Assembly: GCA_964406795.1 (NCBI GenBank)
Contig: CAYOTA010000002.1
Span: forward strand, 81,549 to 145,548
DNA: 64,000 nt
Reading direction: 5' to 3'
Source of the DNA: an uncultured Gammaproteobacteria bacterium
GTDB taxonomy: Bacteria > Patescibacteriota > Microgenomatia > Levybacterales > GWA1-39-11
Positions 18,239-27,776 of this stretch are shown in pieces (the first letter of the stretch is position 1; each line of letters begins with the position of its first letter). The notes under the pieces are model-generated. The model saw only the letters and a list, made by a program, of their open reading frames with translations. It made no database searches and was not told the DNA's origin. Made by a program: the position numbers and the translations under genes.

Positions 18239-18922
18239 TTAAAAAATAATAAAACCGGCTCCTACGGCTATTACTGCTAAAACTCCTATAATTATTCCGG
18301 CTGTTTCCAGTATACCTCCCGTAGGTGGAATTACTTCATTCACTATTGGTGTGGGAATGAATGTAGTCGGAACTGGTGTTATAACTGTTATAGTAGGTGT
18401 TGCAACTGGTACAGTTGGCACAACTGGTGTTGTAGGAACTGGTGTTGCCTCAATCAGTGCATCATTCTCACAATACTGCTCAGCGGATGCTGTAACGCTG
18501 GTGCCCCCACACGTATTTACTGTCGAAATCGTACATCTGTATGTGGTTCTTTGAACAATATCAAAAGTAACCTTAGTGGTACTAGACGGAACTGTTTGCT
18601 GCAGTACTTGCTGGCCAGATTCTACCTGAATTACTGTTACATTGTAATTAGTTGCATCCAGTGAGTCACCCCATGCACAATTTGCCTGGTTAAAATTACA
18701 CTGTGTTCCTTCACAATTAGGATAGTTTACCAGTACCTCTGATGGAGGCTGTGGTGCCGGACAAGCTTCATCTACTCCGTCATCAGTTACTTGCTGCGCG
18801 CCGGATCTATTATCTTGAGACTGACGAGTTAGGTATAAGGTCACACCTACACTTCCGATTAATACAAAAACAATAATGCCTAATAAAATAATTTTTTTGT
18901 TCATAGCGATGCCATAAGGCAT
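18239..18922 (-). CDS. secreted Cys-containing PT-rich protein with C-terminal TM anchor
   Basis: Signal/anchor at N-terminus, 8 Cys in the central domain, PTTPVVPTVPVATPT linker, C-terminal hydrophobic anchor ILETAGIIIGVLAVIAVGAGFIIF. Confidence 0.55.
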   Translation of the reverse strand: MPYGIAMNKKIILLGIIVFVLIGSVGVTLYLTRQSQDNRSGAQQVTDDGVDEACPAPQPPSEVLVNYPNCEGTQCNFNQANCAWGDSLDATNYNVTVIQVESGQQVLQQTVPSSTTKVTFDIVQRTTYRCTISTVNTCGGTSVTASAEQYCENDALIEATPVPTTPVVPTVPVATPTITVITPVPTTFIPTPIVNEVIPPTGGILETAGIIIGVLAVIAVGAGFIIF

Positions 18923-19053
18923 AACTTAAAACCCTACACTCTTACTATATGGAAATTACAACAAGTAATCAAGGAGAAAGTACAGATGAGTTAAAATATG
19001 ATAGTTGCACTTCGAGTACTCAGCGCCAGGTTTTCGGAGTACCTCAAAACTGG

Positions 19054-19126
19054 CGCACCTGGCGGGAATCGAACCCACAACCTAATCATTAGAAGTGATT
19101 TGCTCTATCCGTTGAGCTACAGGTGC
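19054..19126 (-). tRNA. tRNA-Arg (anticodon TCT); CCA encoded at 19051-19053
   Basis: Acceptor GCACCTG/CAGGTGC, D-arm GCTC-AACGGATA-GAGC, anticodon loop CTTCTAA, T-loop TTCGATT, discriminator G followed by genomic CCA. Confidence 0.8.
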
Positions 19127-19783
19127 ATGTTTGCTTTCACCAATACAATACACGAACTGATATATTTTACAATATTCAAGGCCTGAATGGAAATAATACA
19201 ATAGTTACTTGTGAGAAGCGCGGCGATTTCGGGTAGGTTTTCTAGTTAATGTCTCCACTACAACTACACTTGCAATGATCAAAACTCTTGTTCCGATTTG
19301 TGCTTGGCTTAAAATTTCACTTATATTCATATACAATTATACTACCAAATCACGCATAGTTTGTCTAATTTTTTAAAGCATCCAATGTATGCCCCATATA
19401 ATAAGCTGTTGCAAAACATGTACCGCATGCAATAAGAGAATTAATTTTTTCAAGGGAGTCGGAGCTCCACATACACCTGCGAAAAATCCAGCTGATAAAT
19501 TAATAAAAAACCCACCACTTAACCTAATTATGCGTGCCGTCCAATCTTTTCCCATAGGTACTTTCTATACTATATAAAAGCCCAATTCTACGAGATTTAC
19601 TACCAAATAATTAGTACAGTCTGATCTATTTTTTCGTATTTAATTCTATTTACTTTCTAGTAAATTTCTAATATATTTAAAGATATCAAAAGGAAAAAAC
19701 AAAGGTCAAAAATACAGGTAAAAAAAGAAAAACTTTTCACTTTTGAGTTGGACATTTGCATTTTAAATTCTAATTTTTAAATT

Positions 19784-21028
19784 ATGGATAGAATAATACT
19801 ACATATAGATTTTGACTCTTTTTTTGCCTCCTGCGAACAGCATTTTAATCCTAACTTGCGCGGAAAACCAATTGGCGTTACAGCCGCTAACGGACGCAAT
19901 TGCATTATTGCAGCGTCCAGAGAAGCTAAAAAGTGTGGAGTTAAAAGTCCAAGTAATACTTGGGACGCAAAAGTACTATGTCCTGAAATCCAACTTGTTA
20001 AAGCAGATTTTGACAGATATTTGGATGTAACAAAAAAGTTTGTTCAGATTGCAACACTCTACTCACCGCTGGTTGAAATATTTTCCCTGGACGAAGTATT
20101 TATAGATATGACTTCTACCTTTCATCTGTACAAAAACGATCCGCACTATCTAATTAAAAAATTCAAAGATCAAGTGGCAGCTGAAATAAGCCCGGTAACT
20201 ACCTTGTCTGTAGGTGTTTCTTATAATAAGCTTTTGGCCAAATTAGCGTCCGGACTTAATAAACCGAATGGGTACTGCATTATAGACAAAGCAAACTTAG
20301 AATATGTTTACAAAAATACGCAGTTGACTGATATTTGCGGGATTGGCGATAGACTGGCCAGCCGCCTCAATATGCTAGGTGTGTATAGCTTGTTGCAGTT
20401 ACGAGAAACGCCTCCTCATGTTTTAAAAAAAGAATTTGGAAATGTGTGCTCTCAGAGTTTACTTAATTATGCCTGGGCAACAGATCCGTCCCCAGTTGTG
20501 TCATACTTGGAAGAAGTTGACGCCAAATCTGTGGGTCGCAATTTTTGCCTTCCCAAAAATGAATTCGACCAAGAAGTAATACTCAAAACATTAGCAGAAC
20601 TTTGCGAAGAAGTAGGTAGACGACTTAGGATAATTCACAAAAAAGGACGCACAATTTCTTTATATCTGGGTGGCGAGAGGAACATGAGCGGACGCAAAAC
20701 CATTTACACGTATACACATACAGGAAAGGATATTATGGCAGCAGTTAAATTATTTATAAAAGAATGGGAATGGAATCATATGGTGCGCCAAATTCATTTG
20801 TCAGTCAGCAATTTAATTGACGAAAAATATGAAACCATGGGGCTTTTTGAAAACCCTAAGGAATCTGACGTGCTGCATGTTATAGATGCGCTCAACAACA
20901 GGTTTGGAAATCATACTATAAGACAAGGGTATCTTCTCAAAGCGCCAAAGCTTGACACGAAACCCAATGGATTTTTTGGTGATAAGGTACAAAGAAAACA
21001 GATTCAAGTAGCCATCCCCTCTTATTAA
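19784..21028 (+). CDS. dinB: DNA polymerase IV (Y-family translesion polymerase)
   Basis: N-terminal ILHIDFDSFFASCEQ (catalytic Asp/Glu), SVGVSYNKLLAKLAS, little-finger domain; 414 aa. Confidence 0.9.
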   Translation: MDRIILHIDFDSFFASCEQHFNPNLRGKPIGVTAANGRNCIIAASREAKKCGVKSPSNTWDAKVLCPEIQLVKADFDRYLDVTKKFVQIATLYSPLVEIFSLDEVFIDMTSTFHLYKNDPHYLIKKFKDQVAAEISPVTTLSVGVSYNKLLAKLASGLNKPNGYCIIDKANLEYVYKNTQLTDICGIGDRLASRLNMLGVYSLLQLRETPPHVLKKEFGNVCSQSLLNYAWATDPSPVVSYLEEVDAKSVGRNFCLPKNEFDQEVILKTLAELCEEVGRRLRIIHKKGRTISLYLGGERNMSGRKTIYTYTHTGKDIMAAVKLFIKEWEWNHMVRQIHLSVSNLIDEKYETMGLFENPKESDVLHVIDALNNRFGNHTIRQGYLLKAPKLDTKPNGFFGDKVQRKQIQVAIPSY

Positions 21029-21137
21029 CTGTTTTCCTGGTTGACAAGGCTAAAATTAAAAGACTACAATCAAGAATGTAAGCCCCCACATGAGGACTGT
21101 TTGGGGGTTTTGCGTTTTTTATAAGGAGGAATTTATT

Positions 21138-21611
21138 ATGTCCCCACTGGACCCTAAAAAAGAAGCACAAATAAAACAGGAGGAAAAAAGTCTAAGACGA
21201 CAAATTCACTCAGTTGAGGGAAGACTTGCTGATACAATCACGGGATTTTCAGGTAGCATTTACTTTGTATATTTTCACATTATTTGGTTTACACTTTGGG
21301 TGTTAGTAAACCAGGGAGTATTTGAACCATATATCCCAATTTTTGACCCATTCCCATACGGGCTGCTCACTATGCTCGTATCACTAGAGGCTATTTTCCT
21401 GTCTACCTTTATCCTTATTGCTCAAAACAGACAAGAACTGGTAGAGGAATACCGTGAACTGGAGGAAGAAAAGGAAGAACAAGAACAGGAAGAAGAAGTG
21501 GAAGACATTCAAAAGGATTTGGATCAAATCAAAGCTGCCATAAAGCTTATTTCAGAAAAAGTTGGAAGCGTAGAAAAGACCAGACACACCCCACCCAAAA
21601 ACGATAAGTAG
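21138..21611 (+). CDS. DUF1003 membrane protein
   Basis: Two TM helices with DUF1003-like core FDPFPYGLLTMLVSLEAIFLSTFILIAQNRQ, acidic coiled-coil tail; start moved to ATG 21138 after RBS AAGGAGGA (21122-21129). Confidence 0.6.
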   Translation: MSPLDPKKEAQIKQEEKSLRRQIHSVEGRLADTITGFSGSIYFVYFHIIWFTLWVLVNQGVFEPYIPIFDPFPYGLLTMLVSLEAIFLSTFILIAQNRQELVEEYRELEEEKEEQEQEEEVEDIQKDLDQIKAAIKLISEKVGSVEKTRHTPPKNDK

Positions 21612-21623
21612 TAAGAACTAACA

Positions 21624-22112
21624 TTACCTTACCGAAGAAATGATGAACGCGTGGATATGAACTATCGTGTCATTATAAGTAATTGACTCAACACCAGTAG
21701 TCACTTCTGTTTCCGGATAACTTCCTGTAATTACATATGAATAGTGCCACTTTCCGTCGGCTGCAGGAGTACACTCTTCCAATAATCGAGTTTTGTCTGC
21801 TAATTCAGCTATCTTTTTTATCAAATACGCACTTACCTCTTTAGCAGCAATTCCTAATGATTCGAGATGTTCCACAGCAGGTGTTCCGCCTGCATACAGC
21901 CTAGTATATTTTTCTGTGCCTATCTGAATTAATTCCTGCCCTCCACCATTATGGTGATCCACAAACCACTCATCATGATACATTTTATCTTTACCGAGCT
22001 CTACATGACTTGATTTTCCTTCAAATCCTCCTCTATTTACATCTAAAACTTTTCCACCTGCATACCCGGCAAGAAGTCCCTTAGTTAACCCATCTTTAAT
22101 CTTTTTGTTCAT
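21624..22112 (-). CDS. hypothetical protein
   Basis: 162 aa from ATG 22112 (MNKKIKDG...), abutting the upstream stop; no known motifs. Confidence 0.4.
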   Translation of the reverse strand: MNKKIKDGLTKGLLAGYAGGKVLDVNRGGFEGKSSHVELGKDKMYHDEWFVDHHNGGGQELIQIGTEKYTRLYAGGTPAVEHLESLGIAAKEVSAYLIKKIAELADKTRLLEECTPAADGKWHYSYVITGSYPETEVTTGVESITYNDTIVHIHAFIISSVR

Positions 22113-22113
22113 A

Positions 22114-22500
22114 TTATTTCCGTAAAATTTTTTCCATTGTTTTTCCTTTTGCGAGTTCATCAATTAATTTATCTAGGTATCTGATTTCTTGCATGAGTGA
22201 CTCGCTAATCTCTTCTACTCTCATGCCGCAGATAACTCCGGTGATTAATTTTCGATTTGGATTCATGTGAGGAGCTTTTGCAAAAAACGTTTCAAAATCT
22301 GTTTCTTTTTTGAGCTCCACTTTCAAACCTGCATTATCATATCCGGTTAGCCAGTAAATAATTTCATCGACTTCTTGCTTAGTACGACCCTTTTTCCCTA
22401 CTTTCATAATATATAAAGAATACACGCTTGCAAAACTTATTTTGTAAGTCCGGTTATTCTTCACACTATCTATTTTACCATGGATGATAAACGAAATCAT
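22114..22500 (-). CDS. DUF2200-like protein
   Basis: 128 aa; [20 protein letters not shown]...[19 protein letters not shown]...[15 protein letters not shown] resembles the DUF2200 family (from memory). Confidence 0.4.
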   Translation of the reverse strand: MISFIIHGKIDSVKNNRTYKISFASVYSLYIMKVGKKGRTKQEVDEIIYWLTGYDNAGLKVELKKETDFETFFAKAPHMNPNRKLITGVICGMRVEEISESLMQEIRYLDKLIDELAKGKTMEKILRK

Positions 22501-22582
22501 TAAAAATCTCTTAATTTAGCCTTATTTTCTTTCTTGTGTTTTATAAATATTTGATTTAATATGAAAATATTGTAGAGATTGC

Positions 22583-25500
22583 ATGAAATTATTTAAAAAG
22601 GTATTAACTGCGTTTTGCTTAAGCATCCTATGGATTTGTCTCTTTTCTATTTTCCCCACAAAATCATTTGCTCTTCCCGGAAGCGTTCTTGAAATGGGTT
22701 TTTCCGAAGGCAACGGAACAACGGTTTCCGACTCTTCAGGTAGCAATAATAATGGGACTATTTCCGGAGCCGTTTGGGAATCAAATGGAAAATTTGGATC
22801 CGCTTTGTCGTTTGATGGGTTAAATGACCTGGTCACCATAGCTGACGCAAACAGCTTAGACTTAACAAACAATATAACTCTGGAAGCATGGGTAAAACCC
22901 ACTACAACCTCAAGCAATTACAGAACAATTATCATGAAGGAAAGACCCTCAAACGCTACATACACTCTTTACAGCAACAGTAATAATAACCGTCCTATGG
23001 GTGAGCATTCAAAGACCAGCGGAGCTGTTGTAGATATAAAAGGAACCACTCAACTTCCTGCAAATACTTGGTCTCACATTGCAGTGACTTACAATGGTGC
23101 ACAATTTAAATTTTTTCTAAATGGTGTGCAAAAAGCATCAAAAAATACAACTGGAGCTATGTTTGTTTCCAATGGGGCGCTCAGGATTGGGGGAAACTCT
23201 ATATGGTCAGATGAGTATTTCAGTGGACTGATTGACGAAGTAAGAATATATAACCGCGCTCTTACTGCAGCCGAGATTACAACAGACATGAATACTCCGA
23301 TTACACAAGATACTACAAATCCTACCATATCCATTACCTCCCCTACACAGGGCGCCACAATTTCAGGAACTCAGATCATTACAGCAAACGCACAAGACAA
23401 TATTTCTGTTGCAGGTGTTCAGTTTAAAGTAGACGGACAAAATGTAGGAACAGAAGACACCTCAGCTCCCTATGCGTTTTCTTGGAATACAACTTCTGCT
23501 ACCAATGCTGACCACATAATCACAGCTGTTGCAAGAGATTCATCACAAAATACTACTACTTCATCTCCCATAACTATTACAGTTTCCAATCCCCCTACTT
23601 TAACTATTAGTTCTCCTTCCGAAAACCAAAATATAGTGGGAAATAACATAACAATTACTTATACAAAATCAGGAGATTTAACTTATGCAAATCATGCTCA
23701 TTTTGTGCTTGATGGTGGAGCAACCAAGATGGACTTAGATTTTGATGGAACATATACTATTTCAAATGTTGCGCCTGGAAATCACACGCTTGTTGGAATG
23801 ATAGCCAGATCAGATCACAGTGAGATAGAATTGTCAGAAGATACAGTCAGCTTTACAACCACTGTTCCTGACACTACAAATCCAGTTGTTGATATAATTT
23901 CTCCAGAAGAAGGATCAATAGTATCAGGAACAACAACCCTAACAGCAGTTGCAACAGACAACATAGCTATATCAGGAGTACAATTTAAAGTTAACAATCA
24001 AAATGTAGGAGCACAAGATACTACATTTCCTTATCAAGTATCATGGAATTCCACAACGGTTTCCAATGGAACATATACCTTAACTGCAATAGCAACAGAT
24101 ACTTCTCAAAACGCTACATCTTCAGCGCAAATTTCTATAACAGTCCAAAATGCAGACCCAAGAGCCCAAATTGGTCAGTGGAGCGGCATCATGAATTGGC
24201 CGCTGGTAGCAGTACATTCTACTTTTTTAAATACTGGTAAAATTCTCGTGTGGGATGCATGGGAATATAATACAACAACCGCAAAATTGTGGGACTACCA
24301 AACCAACACATTTTCGCAAGTTCCTAATAGTTCCCAACTTTTTTGTGCGGCACATACAACACTTGCTGATGGTCGTGTACTTGTAACGGGGGGACACAAT
24401 GGGGGAGAAATTGGTATTAAAGACACAAACATTTTTTCTCCTGAAACGGGAAACTGGAATCGTCCACCTGACATGCAGTATGCACGATGGTACCCTTCAA
24501 ATGTAACGTTAGGAGATGGTCGAGTTGTAGTATTAAGTGGACAAATAACCGGAGGGACATTTGCCGATATACCAGAACTATACAACCCAATTACTAATAC
24601 ATGGTCCACTCTGAATGTGAATACTTCCAGTATGCGTGATAGTGAATACCCGCTTACCTTCCTACTTCCGAATGGAAAAATATATACAATTGCGGCAACT
24701 CCTGGAAACTCATATACCTTAGATGTTGCAACTCCACAGTGGACTAATGTGGGTACAATTCCTTCAAAGCTTGGTTCTGCTGCAATGTATCGTCCTGGTA
24801 AGATCCTTTACACAGGAGGAGGAGACATTAAAGATTCAGGACAGGCTTCAAGAAATCAGGCATCAGTAATTGATATGACAGCGGCAACTCCTACATGGAG
24901 TACTGTTGCATCAATGGCGTACCCTAGATACCAGCATAATCTCACTATTCTTGCAGATGGAACTGTCATGGCAATCGGCGGCGCCAGTATTGTTTCACAA
25001 ACTGCCACAAGTGGCACTTTGCCAACAGAAATTTGGGATCCAACTACACAATTATGGTCGACAACTGCTTCAATTGCCCAATCAAGAAACTATCACTCAA
25101 CCGCAATGCTCCTTCCAGATGGCAGAGTCTTATCAGCCGGAGGAGGAAGACTTGGGGGAGCGCCAGACAGATTTACAGCACAAATTTATTCACCCCCTTA
25201 TCTTTTCAAAGGCACAAGGCCAGTTATCAATACAGCACCCACCAACACTGGCTATGGTGAGCAGATGAGTCTTTTAACATCTGATACCACCAATATTTCT
25301 AAAGTGGCATTTGTACCCCTGGCATCCAACACGCACACACTTGACATGAATCAACGATACGTAGAACTCAACTTTACAAAAACAACAAATCAAATAACTG
25401 TTGATAGTCCCACTGATTTTAACATTGCTCCACCTGGTTACTATATGGTTTTTATTATCAATAATCTCGGAGTGCCGTCTGAAGCAAAAATAGTAAAACT

Positions 25501-26488
25501 CAACACATTAAATGACACTACATTTCCCACTGCTTCTATTACCTCTCCAACCCAAAACGCAACCGTTGTTGGTAGTATCACTATCACTGCTCAGGCAGCT
25601 GACAACATTGCAGTAGCACAAACACAATTCACGCTCGATGGTAACAATATAGGCTCTCCCGACACATCAGTTCCTTATGAATTTACATGGGATACAACTA
25701 CCTCATCAAATGGCATTCACTTGCTTTCTGTCAAAGCAACAGACACCTTTGGGAACACAACCACTTCAGACGACGTCTCTGTTACTGTTGATAATCCAGT
25801 AGACACCACAGCACCAATCATAACGAATGTCTTGTCAAGCAATATAAGCGGGACAACAGCAACAATTAGCTGGACAACGAATGAGAATGCAGATACACAG
25901 GTTGAATACGGTACTACAACTGCCTATGGATCAAATACCACCCTCAATCCTGTTCTTTCCACAACTCATAGTCAAAGTTTATCCGGACTAACCAGCAACA
26001 CACAGTATCAATACAGAGTAAAAAGTAAAGACGCCAATGGCAATCTTACAACCTCTGATAACATGACATTTACAACAACAGGCAACCTCGCCACCATTAA
26101 TTTTAATGATCACCCCCAAACAGATGTATCGTTGAACGGGATATTTCCAACAGGTCTTATTAACTGGGGTACAAATCAGTGGTTTATTTCAGGTCCTTGG
26201 GGCCAATTTACTACAAAGAGTATTAGCTTTAACAGCGCTTCCCAAACAACTGCCACATTTAATTTTGTGACCCCAAAAATCTTGTCACAGCTTGATATGT
26301 ATAATGGAGGAGCAAATGGCACTACCACAATTGCTTGTACTGGAAACACAACAAAGTCTGTATCCATAAATGCTTCCCAAATCTTAACAAATATAAGCAC
26401 CGGGTTTACAACACCTTGCACTACTGTTACTTTCACCTCATCTAACGGATGGAACACAAACTATGATAATTTTGTAGTAACTGACTAA
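22583..26488 (+). CDS. giant secreted multidomain protein: LamG lectin-like + Ig-like (Big) repeats + galactose-oxidase-like kelch propeller with DUF1929 + Ig-like + fibronectin type III
   Basis: Signal peptide; LamG_3 motif LIDEVRIYNRALTAAEI; repeated ~90-aa Ig-like units (ISITSPTQGATISG..., DIISPEEGSIVSG..., SITSPTQNATVVG...); copper-radical-oxidase motifs LFCAAHTTLADGRVLVTGG, ARWYPSNVTLGDGRVVV, SRNYHSTAMLLPDGRVLSAGGG; FN3 (ATISWTTNENADTQVEYG). Confidence 0.8.
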   Translation: MKLFKKVLTAFCLSILWICLFSIFPTKSFALPGSVLEMGFSEGNGTTVSDSSGSNNNGTISGAVWESNGKFGSALSFDGLNDLVTIADANSLDLTNNITLEAWVKPTTTSSNYRTIIMKERPSNATYTLYSNSNNNRPMGEHSKTSGAVVDIKGTTQLPANTWSHIAVTYNGAQFKFFLNGVQKASKNTTGAMFVSNGALRIGGNSIWSDEYFSGLIDEVRIYNRALTAAEITTDMNTPITQDTTNPTISITSPTQGATISGTQIITANAQDNISVAGVQFKVDGQNVGTEDTSAPYAFSWNTTSATNADHIITAVARDSSQNTTTSSPITITVSNPPTLTISSPSENQNIVGNNITITYTKSGDLTYANHAHFVLDGGATKMDLDFDGTYTISNVAPGNHTLVGMIARSDHSEIELSEDTVSFTTTVPDTTNPVVDIISPEEGSIVSGTTTLTAVATDNIAISGVQFKVNNQNVGAQDTTFPYQVSWNSTTVSNGTYTLTAIATDTSQNATSSAQISITVQNADPRAQIGQWSGIMNWPLVAVHSTFLNTGKILVWDAWEYNTTTAKLWDYQTNTFSQVPNSSQLFCAAHTTLADGRVLVTGGHNGGEIGIKDTNIFSPETGNWNRPPDMQYARWYPSNVTLGDGRVVVLSGQITGGTFADIPELYNPITNTWSTLNVNTSSMRDSEYPLTFLLPNGKIYTIAATPGNSYTLDVATPQWTNVGTIPSKLGSAAMYRPGKILYTGGGDIKDSGQASRNQASVIDMTAATPTWSTVASMAYPRYQHNLTILADGTVMAIGGASIVSQTATSGTLPTEIWDPTTQLWSTTASIAQSRNYHSTAMLLPDGRVLSAGGGRLGGAPDRFTAQIYSPPYLFKGTRPVINTAPTNTGYGEQMSLLTSDTTNISKVAFVPLASNTHTLDMNQRYVELNFTKTTNQITVDSPTDFNIAPPGYYMVFIINNLGVPSEAKIVKLNTLNDTTFPTASITSPTQNATVVGSITITAQAADNIAVAQTQFTLDGNNIGSPDTSVPYEFTWDTTTSSNGIHLLSVKATDTFGNTTTSDDVSVTVDNPVDTTAPIITNVLSSNISGTTATISWTTNENADTQVEYGTTTAYGSNTTLNPVLSTTHSQSLSGLTSNTQYQYRVKSKDANGNLTTSDNMTFTTTGNLATINFNDHPQTDVSLNGIFPTGLINWGTNQWFISGPWGQFTTKSISFNSASQTTATFNFVTPKILSQLDMYNGGANGTTTIACTGNTTKSVSINASQILTNISTGFTTPCTTVTFTSSNGWNTNYDNFVVTD

Positions 26489-26496
26489 GCCTCTAC

Positions 26497-27060
26497 ATGA
26501 AACGTTTTTTATTTACCTTATTTCTTTCTACAATTATTGTTCTTTTGAGCGTTGTGAACGTGCAGGCTCATGAATCTTTTCACTGGATGCAACAAATAAA
26601 AAAAGATAGGATGCTTGTTGTGTTTTATAATCAAGAAGAATTTCAAGCTAACATAGAACAGTCTTTTCAAGTAAGGCTGGTGGAACTTTCAAATGGAAAA
26701 TCAATTCCATTCAAATACGCAGATGTATCATTTGAAACTAATGGGAAAAGAGCCTATTCATTCAAAAAAAATGCTGATGAAAATAATGATGTAGCATTTT
26801 CCTATGCATTTCCCAAAAAAGGAAAGTATGTGATGACTGTAAAACTTTTTGACAACTCAAAGCTTGTAACTGAGGCAAAATTCCCCATATTAGTGGGATC
26901 AGGTATAAACGCAGACTGGCCAATCATACTCAAAAACTATTGGGCAGAATTTGCGCTTGTAGGAGGGTTACTGATTTTTGTGTCATATCTTGCGGGCAGA
27001 AAAAATATACTTGCTCATACTAAAAAGTTTCTAAAACGAAAAAACTCTCAATCTTCTTAA
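26497..27060 (+). CDS. secreted protein with C-terminal membrane anchor (unknown function)
   Basis: Signal peptide ending VNVQA|HESFHW, ~130-aa domain, C-terminal TM (FALVGGLLIFVSYLAG) and basic tail; 8 nt after the giant gene. Confidence 0.5.
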   Translation: MKRFLFTLFLSTIIVLLSVVNVQAHESFHWMQQIKKDRMLVVFYNQEEFQANIEQSFQVRLVELSNGKSIPFKYADVSFETNGKRAYSFKKNADENNDVAFSYAFPKKGKYVMTVKLFDNSKLVTEAKFPILVGSGINADWPIILKNYWAEFALVGGLLIFVSYLAGRKNILAHTKKFLKRKNSQSS

Positions 27061-27222
27061 TTTTAGGATTGTAACAGTTAAGTATTTGCTATAATTACCT
27101 AGTGAGCAATCAACCGGCATATAGAGAAACTGAGGATTCTGTGGATGATTTTATTGCAAGTCTTGGCAGAAGAACTTCGATTAAAACGGACAAAAACCAA
27201 GACACATAACTTCGAGATTTTG

Positions 27223-27294
27223 TGAGCGACCAGGGTCTCGAACCCTGAACCTATTCCTTAAGAGGGAATTGCTCTACCATTGAGCTAGTCGCCC
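27223..27294 (-). tRNA. tRNA-Lys (anticodon CTT)
   Basis: Acceptor GGGCGAC/GTCGCTC (one G-U), D-arm GCTC-AATGGTA-GAGC, anticodon loop CTCTTAA, T-loop TTCGAGA, discriminator A; 72 nt. Confidence 0.75.
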
Positions 27295-27419
27295 TTCGTA
27301 ATTTTGCCTTGCAAAAATTTCTCAGGAGCACGTTTTCCTTTCAGTCAAATGTGTCCCGTATTCTTTTACCGAATATATTTTATCATGAAGCTGGTATTTT
27401 TGCAGTATTGAGGGGAAAC

Positions 27420-27731
27420 TTAATTTTTGTGCTGGATTCCCAAGTGGTCTTCTATGAATTTTACTCTTCTATCAAGTTTTACATCATTCTCATCAAACAC
27501 ACGAATTGCCATATCAAGCGTTTTCTTAAGATATTTTAGGTCTTTTTTTATTGGCATAAGCTTTTTATCGAGTCTTTGATCAACTATACTCCCAACACGT
27601 GTATCTATACTAGCGTTTACTTTTTCCTCAACGATATCACCAACTCTGGAATCAATACTTGCGTTTACTTTTTCCTCAACGATATCTCCAACCACATCTT
27701 TTATTTGCTCCAAGTCTTGTTTTGTTAACAT
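27420..27731 (-). CDS. hypothetical small protein containing a 16-aa tandem repeat
   Basis: 103 aa; VGDIVEEKVNASID[ST]R occurs twice, encoded by a 48-bp DNA tandem repeat; lies between two tRNA genes. Confidence 0.35.
   Translation of the reverse strand: MLTKQDLEQIKDVVGDIVEEKVNASIDSRVGDIVEEKVNASIDTRVGSIVDQRLDKKLMPIKKDLKYLKKTLDMAIRVFDENDVKLDRRVKFIEDHLGIQHKN
27598..27695. repeat. 48-bp tandem direct repeat, 2 copies
   Basis: gcgtttactttttcctcaacgatatcaccaac (27613-27644) versus gcgtttactttttcctcaacgatatctccaac (27661-27692); flanking bases also similar. Confidence 0.7.
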
Positions 27732-27776
27732 AGCTTAAATATACAATAGAAAGTCCGGGGTGTAAATATATAGTTG

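Noticed and set aside
19204-19329. 41-aa minus-strand ORF (MNISEILSQAQIGTRVLIIASVVVVETLTRKPTRNRRASHK) in the tRNA-Arg/dinB gap
   Set aside because: Too short and without similarity I can recognise to any small ribosomal or leader peptide. I kept it only as a note under the 19190-19783 finding.
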